A stretch of DNA of 64,000 nucleotides from Veleropilina oligotropha (Eukaryota), in contig JBEUKZ010000139.1 of assembly GCA_048128005.1 (NCBI GenBank), forward strand, positions 1 to 64,000, written 5' to 3'. Made by a program: the position numbers and the translations under genes. This document shows, one piece after another, positions 13,666-27,100 of the stretch (position 1 is its first letter; each line of letters begins with the position of its first letter). Under the pieces are notes generated by a model. That model was not told the DNA's origin, searched no databases, and saw nothing but the letters and a program-made list of their open reading frames with translations.

Positions 13666-13770
13666 CCATTGCACACAGCCCCACTTCATTTCATGTTCCA
13701 AAGTTGATTGACCTGATTTATAACTGAAATACTGTTGGCGTGGTCGTTAAACATCAATTTATCGTCATAA
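13666..13770 (+). mobile_element. 3' half of the SINE split by the 11239-13665 insertion
   Basis: CCATTGCACACAGC...TTTATAACTGAAATACTGTTGG...GTCGTTAAACATC matches ~50669-50770. Confidence 0.85.
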
Positions 13771-13857
13771 GAATAATATTGGCGTCCATATAAATAAATA
13801 AATGTCCCAACAAGGAATGTAAATGCATTATTCCAAAAGATAGGGTCTGTATTATTC

Positions 13858-14050
13858 ATAGTCGCCCAGTGATGTAATCGATAACAACGCGAATTTCGAT
13901 TCCCGCGCCCAACTGATCTGATTCACGTGAGTGGGTTCGAACCCTCGGCTGTACATGTTCTGATAACAGTCTCAGTTATCCGTAACTGACCAGTGCGTGT
14001 GCGTTTTCCCTGGAGACTCTACTTTCCTTCAGTGATCATGTCTAAATAGG
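13858..14050 (+). mobile_element. Degenerate tRNA-derived SINE
   Basis: B-box GGTTCGAACC near 13934 followed by TTTTCCCTGGAGACTCTACTTTCC, resembling the central domain of the other SINEs here. Confidence 0.5.
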
Positions 14051-14663
14051 GGATCTCAAACGAATTTCCATTTCATATGAGAACGAGGGCAATCGGAGGA
14101 GAATGCAAATCCTCGCCCGGGACCAAGGAAGACGACGGCGAAAGTCAGAATTTAAATATTTCTGAACATGAATTACAATCATAAAAATTTGACATTTCGT
14201 AACAAAATTCAAATAATAATAGCAAAACTTAAGTAAATATAAATGAAAAAAAATGAAGGTAACGGGATTTGAACCCCAGACCTCAAGATTAAATGTAATC
14301 TACAACGCCTTAACCGTTTGCGCTGTTCGTGCTGCGATTGTAGGCTATACATACTTGGTGTTCGATTTTTGTATTGCAAATTTTGCCGAAGCTGACAATA
14401 CTTAACACGCAATAACTCACTAGTTACTGAACCGATAGGCCTATACCTTAAATTGTAATGAAAGGTAGATTATGGTAACCATGCTTAATGGTGTAAATTA
14501 TATCAAGGCGTTAGCAGTATTTAAAGCGCAATCACAAATATCGCAACGTCTCGACGATACTTCGCCACAAAGATTATTGCTATAGTTTCGCTCGAACACA
14601 CAAAGTATATCGAGACGAGTAGATGTCTCACTCTGTCAGTTGTTAAAATTTGAGATGTCTTAA

Positions 14664-15894
14664 CAGGGGCGGATCCAGGAATTTCGAAGGGGGGGGGGGG
14701 CTCGGGCCAATCCCAAAAGGGCACCCATGGCCCATGTGATTATCTTAACCCTAAGTCAACGGTTGTGCGTTGGGGACCATGGTTCCCCAACGCAGAAGAA
14801 AATTTTGGATTCATTCCTACGAAACGGCCTCTTCTGCACTCTAAGCGTTTTATTTAATGTGAATCACTTGAGTTTTACGTCCCCGTTTTCCAGAGTTCAG
14901 GGGGGGGGGGCAACTCCCCCCCCCTGTCCTCATGTTAAAACACACCCGCCGTGTTTTTCGTTTGTTTAAACTCTCCATTATTTTTCAGGAATGGAGCGTT
15001 ATATTTCCTTTGTTAGGTGAACAATAGGTTGTGAGATCTGGAGCGGGTTGTATAGCCACGTCGCTGGACAGCAGTTACGTAATCGTCAGTAGGCCTAATC
15101 GCTATCAAGCGCTGCTTCCATACAACCCGCTCCAGGTAACGTGCAGTAAATCCAGAATGAAATAAAACTAGATGGTCATTTCTCCGTTAAACACCTGTTA
15201 CGAAACGCACATTTAATAAATATCCGAAGTAATCGTATCGTCGTAAACACGTGGTAATTCCAGAATGCTGACATCCAGCTGAAATGATATCTCTGATAAA
15301 CATTCACATTTATTTTCATATATTTCCATTGTGTCGTCGTAGACGCTTCTTATAGCGAACAGAAGGTGAAATACCATCCCGTAAACGGTAATGTAACTCC
15401 AGAGTATTAAAATCCAGCTGAATTGACATTGAATTTGTATATTTAAAATCCCACGTATGGCTCATAAACTCCTGTTCGACGTCTTATTAGTAAATCCATA
15501 TAAGCGATATTTCCACATCCAAACGAAATGCTGTCTGTGTTTCAACAGATTAAAACGTGCTCAAATGGAACAGATAGCTCCAATATTAGTGGCCAAATGA
15601 CCACTATGATAGCACAACCCGTGCGAATCGTCCATTTCGGGTCCGATTTTACATGAATTATCCGTGAAGGCGCAATTGACACGAAATTAATTACGCTCCT
15701 CGTCATTGTTAACAACCTATTGTATCTTGAAAAGGCGCATAATGGGTTTTGGCTGTGTTTTAAGTCGCGGAATGTCTTCGCAACTCTCCATTCCTTAAAA
15801 AGAATGTGACTCTGCCCCTCCGGGGCCTCGTCTCCATTATTTTTAAGGAATGGAGACATGCTCGGACATTCCCCTCAACGTAGCTACGCCCCTG
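14664..15894. mobile_element. MITE with CAGGGGCG-type termini, interrupted by the hairpin element at 14935-15878
   Basis: CAGGGGCGGATCCAGG at 14664; GTAGCTACGCCCCTG ending 15894; G and C tracts inside the termini. Confidence 0.5.
14935..15878 (-). mobile_element. Terminal-hairpin element, family 1 (putative non-autonomous Crypton-type)
   Basis: Minus-strand hairpin ~15870-15770 with core GAC-GA-GGCCCC-GGA-GGGGCA-GA-GTC; inner TTAAAACACAGCC is inverted relative to the far end GGGTGTGTTTTAA. Confidence 0.6.
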
Positions 15895-15987
15895 GCACCA
15901 CGAAATTAAGCCAAAAGAACATCGATCGAATACGTTTTATGAATATACTAGAAAGGTGATATTGATCACAACAAATTCAATTCAATT

Positions 15988-17390
15988 TCAATCGTCAAGA
16001 ATATTGCGACCGAACGTCCGTCTATTGTTGACTGAAATGAACTCTTTCAGGATGGCATCAGTTTCAATTATCAGGTCCTGATGCAAATTCATCAAACACA
16101 GTCCTGAGAGGCGCTCTTCGCCCATTCTGTTGCGGATGTAGGTCTTGACTCTCCGGAAACACGAGAACGAGCGGTCAGCTCCGGCACTGCCGACTGGAAG
16201 TGTGCATCCAACTCTCAGTAATGCCGATATATTGGGGAATATATCTGGATCTATCTTCCTCAAACAGTCGATGAGGTTTTCTGGCCGTTGGTCATCGGAA
16301 GTGGTATTCCAGCTGTGCCGCCATTCTTTCATCTCGCTCTTTAGTGCGGTTGGTGTCGGCATATCCCTCTTCCAAAAACGGAGAGACTTCGAAGACTCTT
16401 CCAATTCTGTGTTGCTCATTTTTGCAATGATCACGGGGACTAATGCGAAAATTTCAGCGCATGTCCTGTTTTCCACGCTGAAGCGTCGGCTCATTTGGAC
16501 CAGCAGATGGTCCAGCAAGGGAATTTGGACATTTCTCAGGAAATACGACACCGGCGTGTCGGCTGGGGAATTATCGCGTTGACATTGTCTCACGACGATG
16601 CGCGGCATGGACACAGTGCCCCTAACGTTCTCGCATAGCAGCTTTGCCGCTATGAAGATGTCTTGAAACTCTGAATCAACATCATCACGCATCCGTTGCA
16701 TTCTTAAAATTGTGCTGTCGATAAGAGAGTATGTCATATAGGCATCCATGTCACTTTTCTGGAGCTTTGACGGGAGTCCTTTCACCGTTTCCAAAGTGTT
16801 CTTCACTGACAGAAACCAAACAATGAAAGCAAATGATCTCATTGTGTGCAAAAGTCCCCGAGCTTTGACTCTAGTGTCACGATCCCATATCCAGTTTTCT
16901 CCGTCGTAAATGCCATCATGTTGGTTTGGATATAAAATGGCATCCAAGCACAAACGTACAGCTTCATACAGTTCATGGAGTGTATCATAACATGTATGGC
17001 GTTCAACCCATCGCGTCTTGCAATTTAATTTTTAACGAAGAGTTCTGCGATGCGGCGATAGTATTTTCAAGAAATCGCTGTCGTTTCGGCGCGTTGTCAA
17101 AAAATAGAAAACATTCATTGACTGAATCTATCATATTCCGAACAGCTGAAATTTGACATGCCGCGGCAATACTCAAATTGAGCACATGACTCTTGCAGTG
17201 TATATACAGGGCAAGAGGGGCGATTGCCTTAATGCGACCATGAACACCAGTTCCTTCCGATGACATACATGATGCTCCATCATATGACTGCCCACGGAAT
17301 TTCGTCACATCAACGCCATGTTTCTTCAGTGATTGTAGAATGCCGTTGGCTATGGATTCGCCTGTTGTTCTATCCAGAAAGTGAAAATCA
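15988..17390 (-). pseudogene. hAT-superfamily transposase (ZMYM1/PRKRIR-like), 5'-truncated and frameshifted
   Basis: RGQSYDGASCMS and YIHCKSHVLNL motifs; C-terminal dimerisation motif LPVGSAGADRSFSCFRRVKTYIRNRMGEERLSGLCLMNLH; split over ORFs 17003-17308 and 15988-16953. Confidence 0.92.
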
Positions 17391-17391
17391 A

Positions 17392-17630
17392 CGTTTTATG
17401 TGAAAATACTGCTCCAAGCGGGGGCGTTGAGATTCTGGGAGGAAAGTTTTAATGCATATGCTTTAAGAAACGGTTCCTTAAAATAACTCTATACCCCTAA
17501 CTACACATAAAGGTGTACGGATTTTATTACTCTGGGTTTTTAATTTTTTTTAATGTCCGAGGAAAAAGGGCACTTGGTCCGTCAAGGGGGGGGGGTCCGA
17601 CCCCACGGACCCCCCCCGGATCCGCCCCTG
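17392..17630. mobile_element. Terminal segment with TIR ...GGATCCGCCCCTG, adjoining the hAT transposase remnant
   Basis: TIR ends at 17630; the subterminal sequence resembles 29610-29693. Confidence 0.65.
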
Positions 17631-17879
17631 CCAGTGGTTAACGATTTACGGCCCTTGGTTGCATTTTGCTTTGGTTGATTTCTAAAATATTTTTGTTGAT
17701 ATGAATATAATTTCATCAGGACTACGATTTGCATGACGAATTTACACAATTTAATTCGATTTGGCGAAATTAGAAATTGACCCCCAATTTTTAAAGTTGA
17801 CAATCTCCCTACTGGCATCTTGTGTGATGTAGATCCTATATAATCCATCATGTCATTGTCCCGTACTCTAAAGAACAAT

Positions 17880-18133
17880 TTGAGCCTAATTTGAAGTGTC
17901 TACGGCGAAGTGTTTTAACGCTACAGACGAAAATCTGTAGACCGGATATTGCGTCATAAAATCTGGACCTGGATGCCAATCCAGACCATCTTCGAGGAGG
18001 ACCGAGCACGGAGACGCCCTATTGTGTGAAAATTTCAAGTAAATCGGATCTATGGTTTTCGAGTTAGGCGACATACTAGTACATACGGAACCGATTGCAA
18101 TTGCCTCGCCTCGCCCCCGGAGGCGAGGGTAAT
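17880..18133. mobile_element. Helentron/HINE-like non-autonomous element fragment
   Basis: AAATTTCAAGTAAATCGG-type core and terminal stem-loop CCTCGCC...GGCGAGGGTAA. Confidence 0.5.
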
Positions 18134-18640
18134 TATGAAACATGTCTGGCACAATTTATGTACCGAGCCTTGGCGAGGTACATACATTTGCTGACGAGTT
18201 TCATAATTATCATATGAAATAGAAACGAGTTTGAGATCTTATTTATCACATGACTTTATTTACCTTTAAAGTAATTTTTTTACGTTTTTAAATTGATTTC
18301 TTTACGTTTTTAAACTGATTTCTGTCGGTATTTTCAGTCATAAAAATGCCTGCCTCTGACGCATCGCGCCTCAACAGCACGTGCCACGCCAAAATACACG
18401 CGTTCGCCAAAATAAATAGTCCGGTAATTTGTTTCTAGCTCTGACGTCTTTGCTTTGTCAGCAGAAGACATGTCAACGCGTATGAATTATTCAATATGTT
18501 AATTGGGGTGATTCGGCATATGCGACGATGAATGGCATCATGCTCGCCCTCATTTGCATATATTTGCATATGTAACGTATGATTATATTGAAATTATGAA
18601 ATGGGTTTAGCCGTTGTATAATAGCTGTGTCATGTGATAA
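18132..18640 (+). mobile_element. Terminal-hairpin element, family 2 (left arm truncated)
   Basis: Core ACC-GA-GCC-TT-GGC-GA-GGT; inner TTTATCACATGAC (18242) inverted to the end GTCATGTGATAA (18640); homologous to 51195-51713. Confidence 0.75.
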
Positions 18641-19833
18641 GTCAAATTAGAGCCTTGAAGGAACATCGACCCAAACTGTATAATTTGGATTTTTATTTTT
18701 GATCGATGCTTAATAACCCATTTAACAACCCTTATATGGTCGCCCCAGAACATGTTTATAATAACACCGATGGAAATCCCACTCGATACGGACAATTATG
18801 GACCAATGCGTCTGTTAACTGCCGAAAATGAGCCAGCACGCTAGGGGCGTGGCTTTATATTACCCAGCTTTTTATCCGTGCCTATCAAATTTGCATGTGA
18901 TAACTACTGTACTAACACGAACCCCTCTCCGCAATTGGGTTACTCTCGTTTCAACCAGCCGTATGTCGCCATTTCGATGTTTTCTGGTATTTTCCAAGCC
19001 AGAAATGATATCTCCACCAGCTGTTGCCTTTTATATCCGCAGTTCGACAGTGTGAAGCCGATGATTCGAGTCCATTTCCCTAACCAGTACACATGCGTGA
19101 CCTAGGAGCGACTACTAACTCTCGTGGCCAAAAGATGGACGCAGGATCCATATATTAAATGACCACAACTCATTTATAAATATATAAACAAATCTAATTG
19201 AACAAAGATTTCGATTCACAAATATTTATTTACATACACATTTACAAAACAAGTATATTTCCCAAATAAGTTCACATTGCACAATAAAGTAATTTTCTAT
19301 CAAAACATACTTTATAATAAACATATGTTCTATAGCAAAATTACCATATAAAAATCGCCATGCCATTTCAATGTGGGGCATTATGGAAAAAAAATACAAT
19401 AAAAATGTTAACCTGTTAAACGTTTATGTACGACAAATGTAACCAAACGGTATTGGTTTGGAACCAGATCGACTACACCAATATAATATTTCGATTGAAT
19501 GGTTTCGAACACCCAGAGAGACATCGGGTTTGATGAAAATTATAAATTTAACAACAATGTCTTAACATTAATTAACAGTAGCATAGCTACAAATACACAT
19601 CCGATGGAGTTGTGGGTTTCACAGGTCAATAATGTACATGCACTTAATTTGTATTAGAATATTGCATGAAAATGATGCATGAATTTCAATAATCGTACAG
19701 ACACATAGATGATATAAATGAAATCTCCTTTGATCAAAATATAACTATCCAAGCCCGTCTGTTTTATAATTGTCCCGTTCGTATTTGTCCCCGTCTATTG
19801 CTGTTTTTTTATCGTCTACCCCCATCTTATAAC

Positions 19834-20091
19834 GGGCCGCTTCGGTAGCGCAGTGGGGAGAGTGTCCACTCTAAATTCACTGGCTTGTTTCCGCTGACGC
19901 GAACAGTAGTGGGATCGACCCCCGGCTGAGGCAGCACACATTTGTTCAAGTTATGAAGCACAGTTGTCCGTGACTGGCCGAAGAGGGCGGGTTTACCCGG
20001 CGACCGGGGTTTCCTCCCGCGATAACACGGACATGTCCTGCCTTGAACCTCGATGTTATAAATATACAGGACATTAAGCATAATTCCTCCC
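19834..20091 (+). mobile_element. tRNA-derived SINE, family B, with a 15-bp TSD
   Basis: A/B-box-like head; CCCCCATCTTATAAC at 19819-19833 and 20092-20106; closely similar copies at 47033, 52156 and 55182. Confidence 0.9.
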
Positions 20092-20299
20092 CCCCCATCT
20101 TATAACTGTCCTCGTATATCTCTGTCATAACTGTCCTCTTATATCTCCGTCATACCTGTCCCCGTATATCTCCGTCATAACTGTCCCTGTCTATATCTGG
20201 CTCATAACTATCCCAGTCGTCTTTGTCACGGATTTATAAAATCATGGTAATATATAGTGACTGGAAAACAAAAATAAAACAAATAACCAAATAAAATGA

Positions 20300-22940
20300 A
20301 ACGCATGAAATGCAAAATCAAAATGTAGCAGAATTCGATATTGTTTTTCACTTCACACATTAGTTAGTGAGACGCATAAACACGGGCACGGAAAGACGAG
20401 CAATGCCATGGACACGTGCATAATACATAAACAGTAAGGAGGCTAAATTGTTTAGAAAAGGGCAGCCTGTAGGTCTATTAACAAATTTATTAAATCGTTA
20501 ATATTTAAACTGTCAGAATTTTAAAATGCATTTAACAAAATAACACGAATATGATAAAATGAAATATCGAAATGTGGCGGATGTCGATATCGACTTTACC
20601 ATTTCGCATTAATTGTTGAAAAGAAAAGGTAAAATATAATTTGGGAAATACAAACTGGTATATAGACTAAACAAGAAATGTTATTGATAGGCGACAAGTT
20701 TCGTCACTGCTTTAATGATATGAGAAATACTTGTTTACTCCAACATTAATGTTTAACAATTTACACAAATAAAGATAAATGAAACAAAAAAATATGGAAA
20801 TTTGGCGGAAATCCATATCGTTTTTATCACTTTGGTTTATTTAGTGAAAATTAAATATGCCTTAACATTTGTTAATACATATCGAAAGGTGGCTGAAATC
20901 TATTTCATATTTTATCAATACATATATTCATTGACTACTGCAGAAATATCTTTTCACTTCATATTTGCTTTTTTATTTGACATATATTCCTACTCGTAGA
21001 CATGCAGTACTATATACCCACATACATGTAGACACAATTACATATTTTCGAACAAACACGTAAATCGGACATGCAGACAAATTTATTTAATCATTAATAT
21101 TTATGATTTATTTTTAAGTTTATAACTAAATAATACGAAATGGAAGAATGGAATATCGAAATGTGGCGGAAGTCGATATTCATTTTCTCACTTGGCATTA
21201 TTTAGTCAAATCTTGCATAAATAAATTATTTTTGCAAAGTACGGTATCGAAACGTGAAGTAACCTTTGAATAAATAATATGAAATGAAAAAACACAATAT
21301 CTAAATTTGGCGGAAATAGAGATCGATGTTTTCACATTGTATTATTTATTCAAAACTTAAATAACATGTTTTGAAAAAATGCAATATCGAAATGTGGCGG
21401 AAGTCGATATCGATTTTATCAATTCGTATATTATGCATTATTTCATAAATATCGCTTTTATCACTTTATATTACAATATTACTGTTCGAAACAATTTAGT
21501 CAGATTTTATTTAAGAATGTATTTAATCAATAATAGCGATGGCTGAAATTTTTTAAGTTTATATAAAGAAATAATACGTAATGAAAAAAATGCAAAATCG
21601 AAATTCGGCGAAATTTAATATCCATTTGTCTTTCCGTATTATTATTCGGAAAGAAAAAATAACATTAAAATAAGATATTAAAAACTAAATATCGGAACGG
21701 ATATTCCAAGTCGCTGTTGATCAAGGTTGAATAAATATAACATAATATGTAGCGAAAAATACAAAGCCGAATTGTGGCGGAAATCGATATTGTTTCGTCA
21801 CTACAATTTAGTAAAAACTTAAATAAATCATTTCAAAGAAAAAATACATCATCGAAATGTAAAGGAATACAATGTCAATTTTGTCCCTTCATGATATCAA
21901 TAATTATAGACGTGTACCTTATACCCAAATACATAATAAACACTCACAAAAACACGTTGCCATCTACACACATGTAACAGGCATGGATGAACAAACACAC
22001 ATTGACACACACATAAAATAGATAAGCGGATTATAAATTGCTGCTCATATTTGATTAACGGATTTATTAATTTCTCAATATTTAGTGGCTGAAACATTTA
22101 ACCAAATAATACAAAATGAAAGAATGCGATATCGCAATGTGGCGAAAATCGATATCTATCTTGTCATTTGCTATTATTTAGTGAAATCCTACATCGATAC
22201 AATGTTATGAAAAAAAATGCATGATCGAAATACGGTGGAAATTGATATTAGTGACTCTAAACTTGTGAATAAATAATATGGAATGGAAAATCCCACAATA
22301 TCTACATGTGGCGGAAATCGACGTCGGGGTTTTCTCACTTCGTATTATTCCAAACTTGAATAAAAATATTTACTGAAAAAATGAAATATCGAAGTTTTGC
22401 GAAAATCGATATCAATTTTGCTAGATTATATATTTCGTATCTCAATTTTTCAAATATGTTTATAGTCATAAACACATAACCACCTGAACATAGACACGGG
22501 CATGCACATACACACATGTTCACATAAAACGCACATAAAACAGACAAATATTATTCAACAATATTGTTGCTAAAATAAATTTAGTGAGATTTGTTTTCCG
22601 GATTTATTAAGTCTCGCAACGTAAGAATCTTCCATAACAGAATAATACGAAATGAAAGCAAGCAGTATCGAAATGTACCGAAAGTAGATCTCGATTTAAG
22701 TCATCAAATTTTGAAAAGTAAAAATAAAACTGTAAAAAATTGAACTGAATAATGTCGGCGGAAATAAAAACCGGTGTTTATGTACGATTGAATAAATAAT
22801 GTGAACAGATAAACACAACGTCGAAATGTGGCGAAAGTTGACATTGTGTTTTGTCACCTCGTATTATTATTCAAACTTAACTGAATATATACATAATTGA
22901 AAAATAAATATTGAAATGTTGATGATGTTGACATCCGCTA
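20300..22940. repeat. Degenerate AT-rich tandem array with recurring motif AATATCGAAATGTGGCGGAAATCGATATC
   Basis: Motif recurs more than 20 times, commonly about 90-100 bp apart. Confidence 0.8.
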
Positions 22941-24100
22941 TGTCGGTCTTCCGTATAAATCTGCGGCTGTGTCCGTTTTTATACTTGTCCTGTCTGTCTC
23001 GGTCATATAATTGTCGTTCTCAGTCTGTTTTCCCCGTGTCCGTATGTTTCCATCTGTCACCGTATGTTCCCGGCTGTCTCCGTATGTTCCCGGCTGTCTC
23101 CGTATGTTCCCTGCTGTCTCCGTATGTCCGCTGCGCATCTGTGTCCGTCTTATATAAATGGTGCTGTTTCACTCCGTCTAAATTGTCGTCACATTCCCTG
23201 CTTACACTTTTCAGTCTTTTATTTATATTCAAGTTATTAAAATGAATAAATTAATTAAGATACCATATATTAAGATACCATATACTGGCAAAGGCGACAA
23301 TGCGTTTTAACATTGTTACTAAGATAAACAATGACCTGTGAGAGCTACCATTGTTCGAAACGTGCATTTACATGAAAACAATTTCAAAGAAATTCATTGT
23401 GCTACGACCCTGTAAACTATGCATAGGTATTGCTGTTGCAATCAACTCTATAATTAATGACCAACAAAGAGGGTATAGGCCGGCCTATTGCAGGATTCTA
23501 CTGTTGAAGGAAAATGTGATGTCTATGATATAAACAATTTAAAAGAGCGGATGTATATATGTAAACCCAGGAATCCAATACATTATGTGAAAACTCGTAT
23601 GCCTACATGTTAAAACTCGTATGCCTACATGTTAAAACCGGATGCACAGGCCCACATGCAGAAAGTACAACAAACCCAGGAGGTTACCGGCTGGATCGAG
23701 CATGGATGGAAATTTTTCTTCCTTCGCAATCCGTTTGTGCATTTCACCTGCGATACCGGCGTTAATCCTTGATGTCTTGATCTGGGCAGGGACACTGCGA
23801 CAAGCGGAATACGTACTCCGACCAGACCTGTCGGATGTGAGCGAGATCGGCACTCCGATATGATCTGTAGGTTTTCTTTCATTATGAACACATGGAAAGG
23901 TGATGGCCATTTGACGTCCGTTCGGCACTGACCTCTAGAAAAACACGGAGTATTGAACTCTCAAACGAGTCCTCGGGTAAAGACGTAAATTTTGCTTGTC
24001 TTTGAAAATTAATGTCAAATTATCTACTTACATTTTACGCAGACATGAATTTTTTATCGCAGAAAGCGAAAATGTATTTAACCAGACGTCAACAACATGT

Positions 24101-27100
24101 TTATGATTCAAATGTTCCGTCATAAACGATTGCCGATGTACCATTTTCAGATTCATGAATGTTCAAAGGCACAACTTTTCGACTACGAAAGCGTTTCGTT
24201 CCTGTAATTTTAGGCAGAGAAAACGTCCCCGATGACCGGGATTTTCCGAGTGATGACGAGCTGCGTTCGTTGATTTTCGGAAGTTTCGATGCGCTTGACG
24301 ATACAGCTGTTGCTAGGGACCTGATAGATTTTCCGATTTTATGATACCAGGCAACACCGCCGTCCTTCTTCCTCTTCTTCTTCTTCTTACTATCAGTTGA
24401 TGATCTCATGGCGGTACCGGTAATCATATCATCAGAGTTGTCGTTCTTTGGCGAGTCGGCAGATGCGTCGGAACTGGCCTTTGCTATCAAATTGGTACAT
24501 TTCGGTATCGGCGGAAATCGAGTTCTTGACGCAGACTCAGGTGGTGTGATGCTCGCTGTCCTTCCGCTTTCATTAGAGGCCGAATTCCGTTTAACTGAAG
24601 CTACCTTTGGTGGCGTGATTGTTTTCGCTCTTCTGATCGAGTCCCTGTTATCCTTCGCTGATGTTCCGCCACTTCCGCTAGAGGTCGCTGATGGATCAGC
24701 TTTCTCGCCACTGTTTACCTGTTTCCGCTGTGTAACAAAATGTGTCGTCGATCCTTGGCTTCCGTTAGGAATCTCGAATGCCGCATATTTGTCGGCACAT
24801 TGTATCTGAGAGGACTTGGTAATGTTCATTTCACTTGTTCCGCCGCTTCCGCTAGAGGTCGCTGACTGATCTCCTTTCTCCACACCCTTAGTACCATACT
24901 GGTTCTTCACTTTCGCGCCTAGAGACGTACCTTTTGATGACACCCCTTTGTCAGCAGTTTCTTTCCGTGTGATCTGTTGCTCAGACGGAGATATGTTTGT
25001 AACCCTTCCACTAGGACGTTGGTTAGATGCTGCTGGCTGTGCACCATTCTCAAGATTGCGGACATTTTTGTTGACGAAATTTTCTACTGTTTGTGTCCCT
25101 CCTTCGAGCACAATGTCAAATGCTGCCCATTTACCAGAAGTGCTTTTCCGAGAACACTTACATGACGTCATGGCCTTTATTCTTTGCTTTGCGACTTCCT
25201 TGATCATGCGAACGCCTTTGCGCATGTCATCAAGTTGTGTTTGTAATTCCGAGCTCGCTATCGGACTCTCAGATTCCACACGGCCAGACAAAGGTGTCGA
25301 TGTGCGCGCGTGCCCAGTGGGTTGACTGCTCGAAGCTTTTCTACTAGAACGTTTGCTACAGTCTTCTGGTTGTTCTCCATTTTTATGGTTATGAACAATT
25401 TTGCTCATGGTGACATTTTGCACGTTTTGTTTCTCACCCTCCATTACAATGTCGAGTGCTGACCATTTTTCAGAAGCTCTTTTCTGATAGGGTTCGGGTG
25501 GTGATAAGGACTTTGCCTTAAGTTTTTCTTCTTTCTGCATGCGACGGGTGTATTTGGCAATATAATCTATTCCGACGTATTTACCAGTAGCATCAACGTA
25601 ACCTACTGCAGGTTCAGTTGTTTTGGCGATCCTTGGTCTTGTGGTTTCGTATCCGTTAGATATATCTTTTTCGAGTCTGTTTACGCTTTCACTAGATATC
25701 GCTTTTTCGAGTGTGTTGAGACTTCCGCTAGAGGTCGCTGTCTGTTTTCTCTGGAGGCTATTGACGCTTCCACTAGACGTCACGGCCTGTTCTTTGTCGA
25801 TTCTGTTACGACTTCCGCTAGATGTCGCTCTCTGTTCTTTATCGAATTTGTTACAGCTTCCACTGGAGATCGATGCCTGTTCTATCTCCGATTTGTTAGG
25901 GATTCCGCTAGAGGTCGCTGCCTGTTTTTGGTTTCCGCTAGAGGTCGCTGCTTGTTCTTTCTCGAATCTGTTACGACTTCCACTAGATGTCGCATCTTCC
26001 TTCTCCAGTTTGTTGCGACTTCCGCTAGAAGATGCTCGTTCCTGAACTGTTTCCGCTCGCTCTTGTTGGTTCTTGAGGCTCGCTATCTCTCTCGAGTTCA
26101 ACTGAAGTTCCTCCACCATGAACGCATTTACCCCCTTGATGTCTTCGATGTCCTTCTGTGCAAGGATATAGTCCATTTCCGCAACCCTACATTTCAATCG
26201 CCATTCTTTTGCTTCCTTCTGGGTTTTTTCCTCTCGCCGTTGGAGGACCTGGTTGTCGCTCTCATGCTGATAGCATTTTTCCAATATTTCAAGGTTCTCT
26301 TTGCTGATGTTTTCATATTGCCTAGAGACGAAAATAAAAAATCCAAAATTATAGTGGGAATTAAAATGTGTGATGTTTCACTGTTATATATATAATACTG
26401 AAGAATATGCTGGCAAAAGTAGAATAACATTTTTGTCCAGAAGTAAGGGACTCTTTATTGAAATTAAGACCTAATTAATGCAATTAAGTATCTAAATTTC
26501 AGACAGGTGATTTTGCATGTGGTTAGGTGTGCGTATGCGTTTGGAAAATGGCTGCACTAGACTAATGTATTATTTCTTATAAGTGTAAATTGTATGTTTC
26601 TATGCTATGCTATACTGTATTTATAAGCATTATGTTATCCGTGTATAATGTATGATGGCGAGAGGCATGTTTTGCCTAAGTGCCAAAAATAAACTTACTG
26701 TAACTTACTGCTATGCAATTTTATTTGAAATATAGCAAACTCTGAGTCTCGTTTATTTTAATTTCGGAGCAAAAATTGATTGTTATAAATTCTCTCTAAC
26801 GCATAAAATAAATCTATATAGTCTGTCTATCACTTGCTAAAATTTGATATGTCTGATGTCAGTGGGCACCGATTTACGGCCTTTATAGTTGCATTTTGTA
26901 ATGTTTTCTTTTAAAATACCGGTACTTATTAAGTTCACATTTCTCATTATTTTCCAAATTTTTTTTACCGACATCAATATAATTCCATCGGGACTATGAA
27001 TTGCTTTCGAGATATCCTAACAGTACGCAGCGTTACTTTGAAACGTACATTGTGTCACGAATGGTCATTGCAGAGAGATGGATTTTTCCCAACTCTCCTA

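Noticed and set aside
14255..14330. tRNA-like sequence on the minus strand (similar case at ~50235-50320)
   Set aside because: A/B boxes are present but the acceptor and anticodon stems do not pair convincingly; likely repeat-derived, and tRNAscan-SE would decide
14664..17630. A single intact hAT element bounded by the TIRs at 14664 and 17630
   Set aside because: No matching TSD, and another TIR lies at 15894; better read as nested or adjacent fragments
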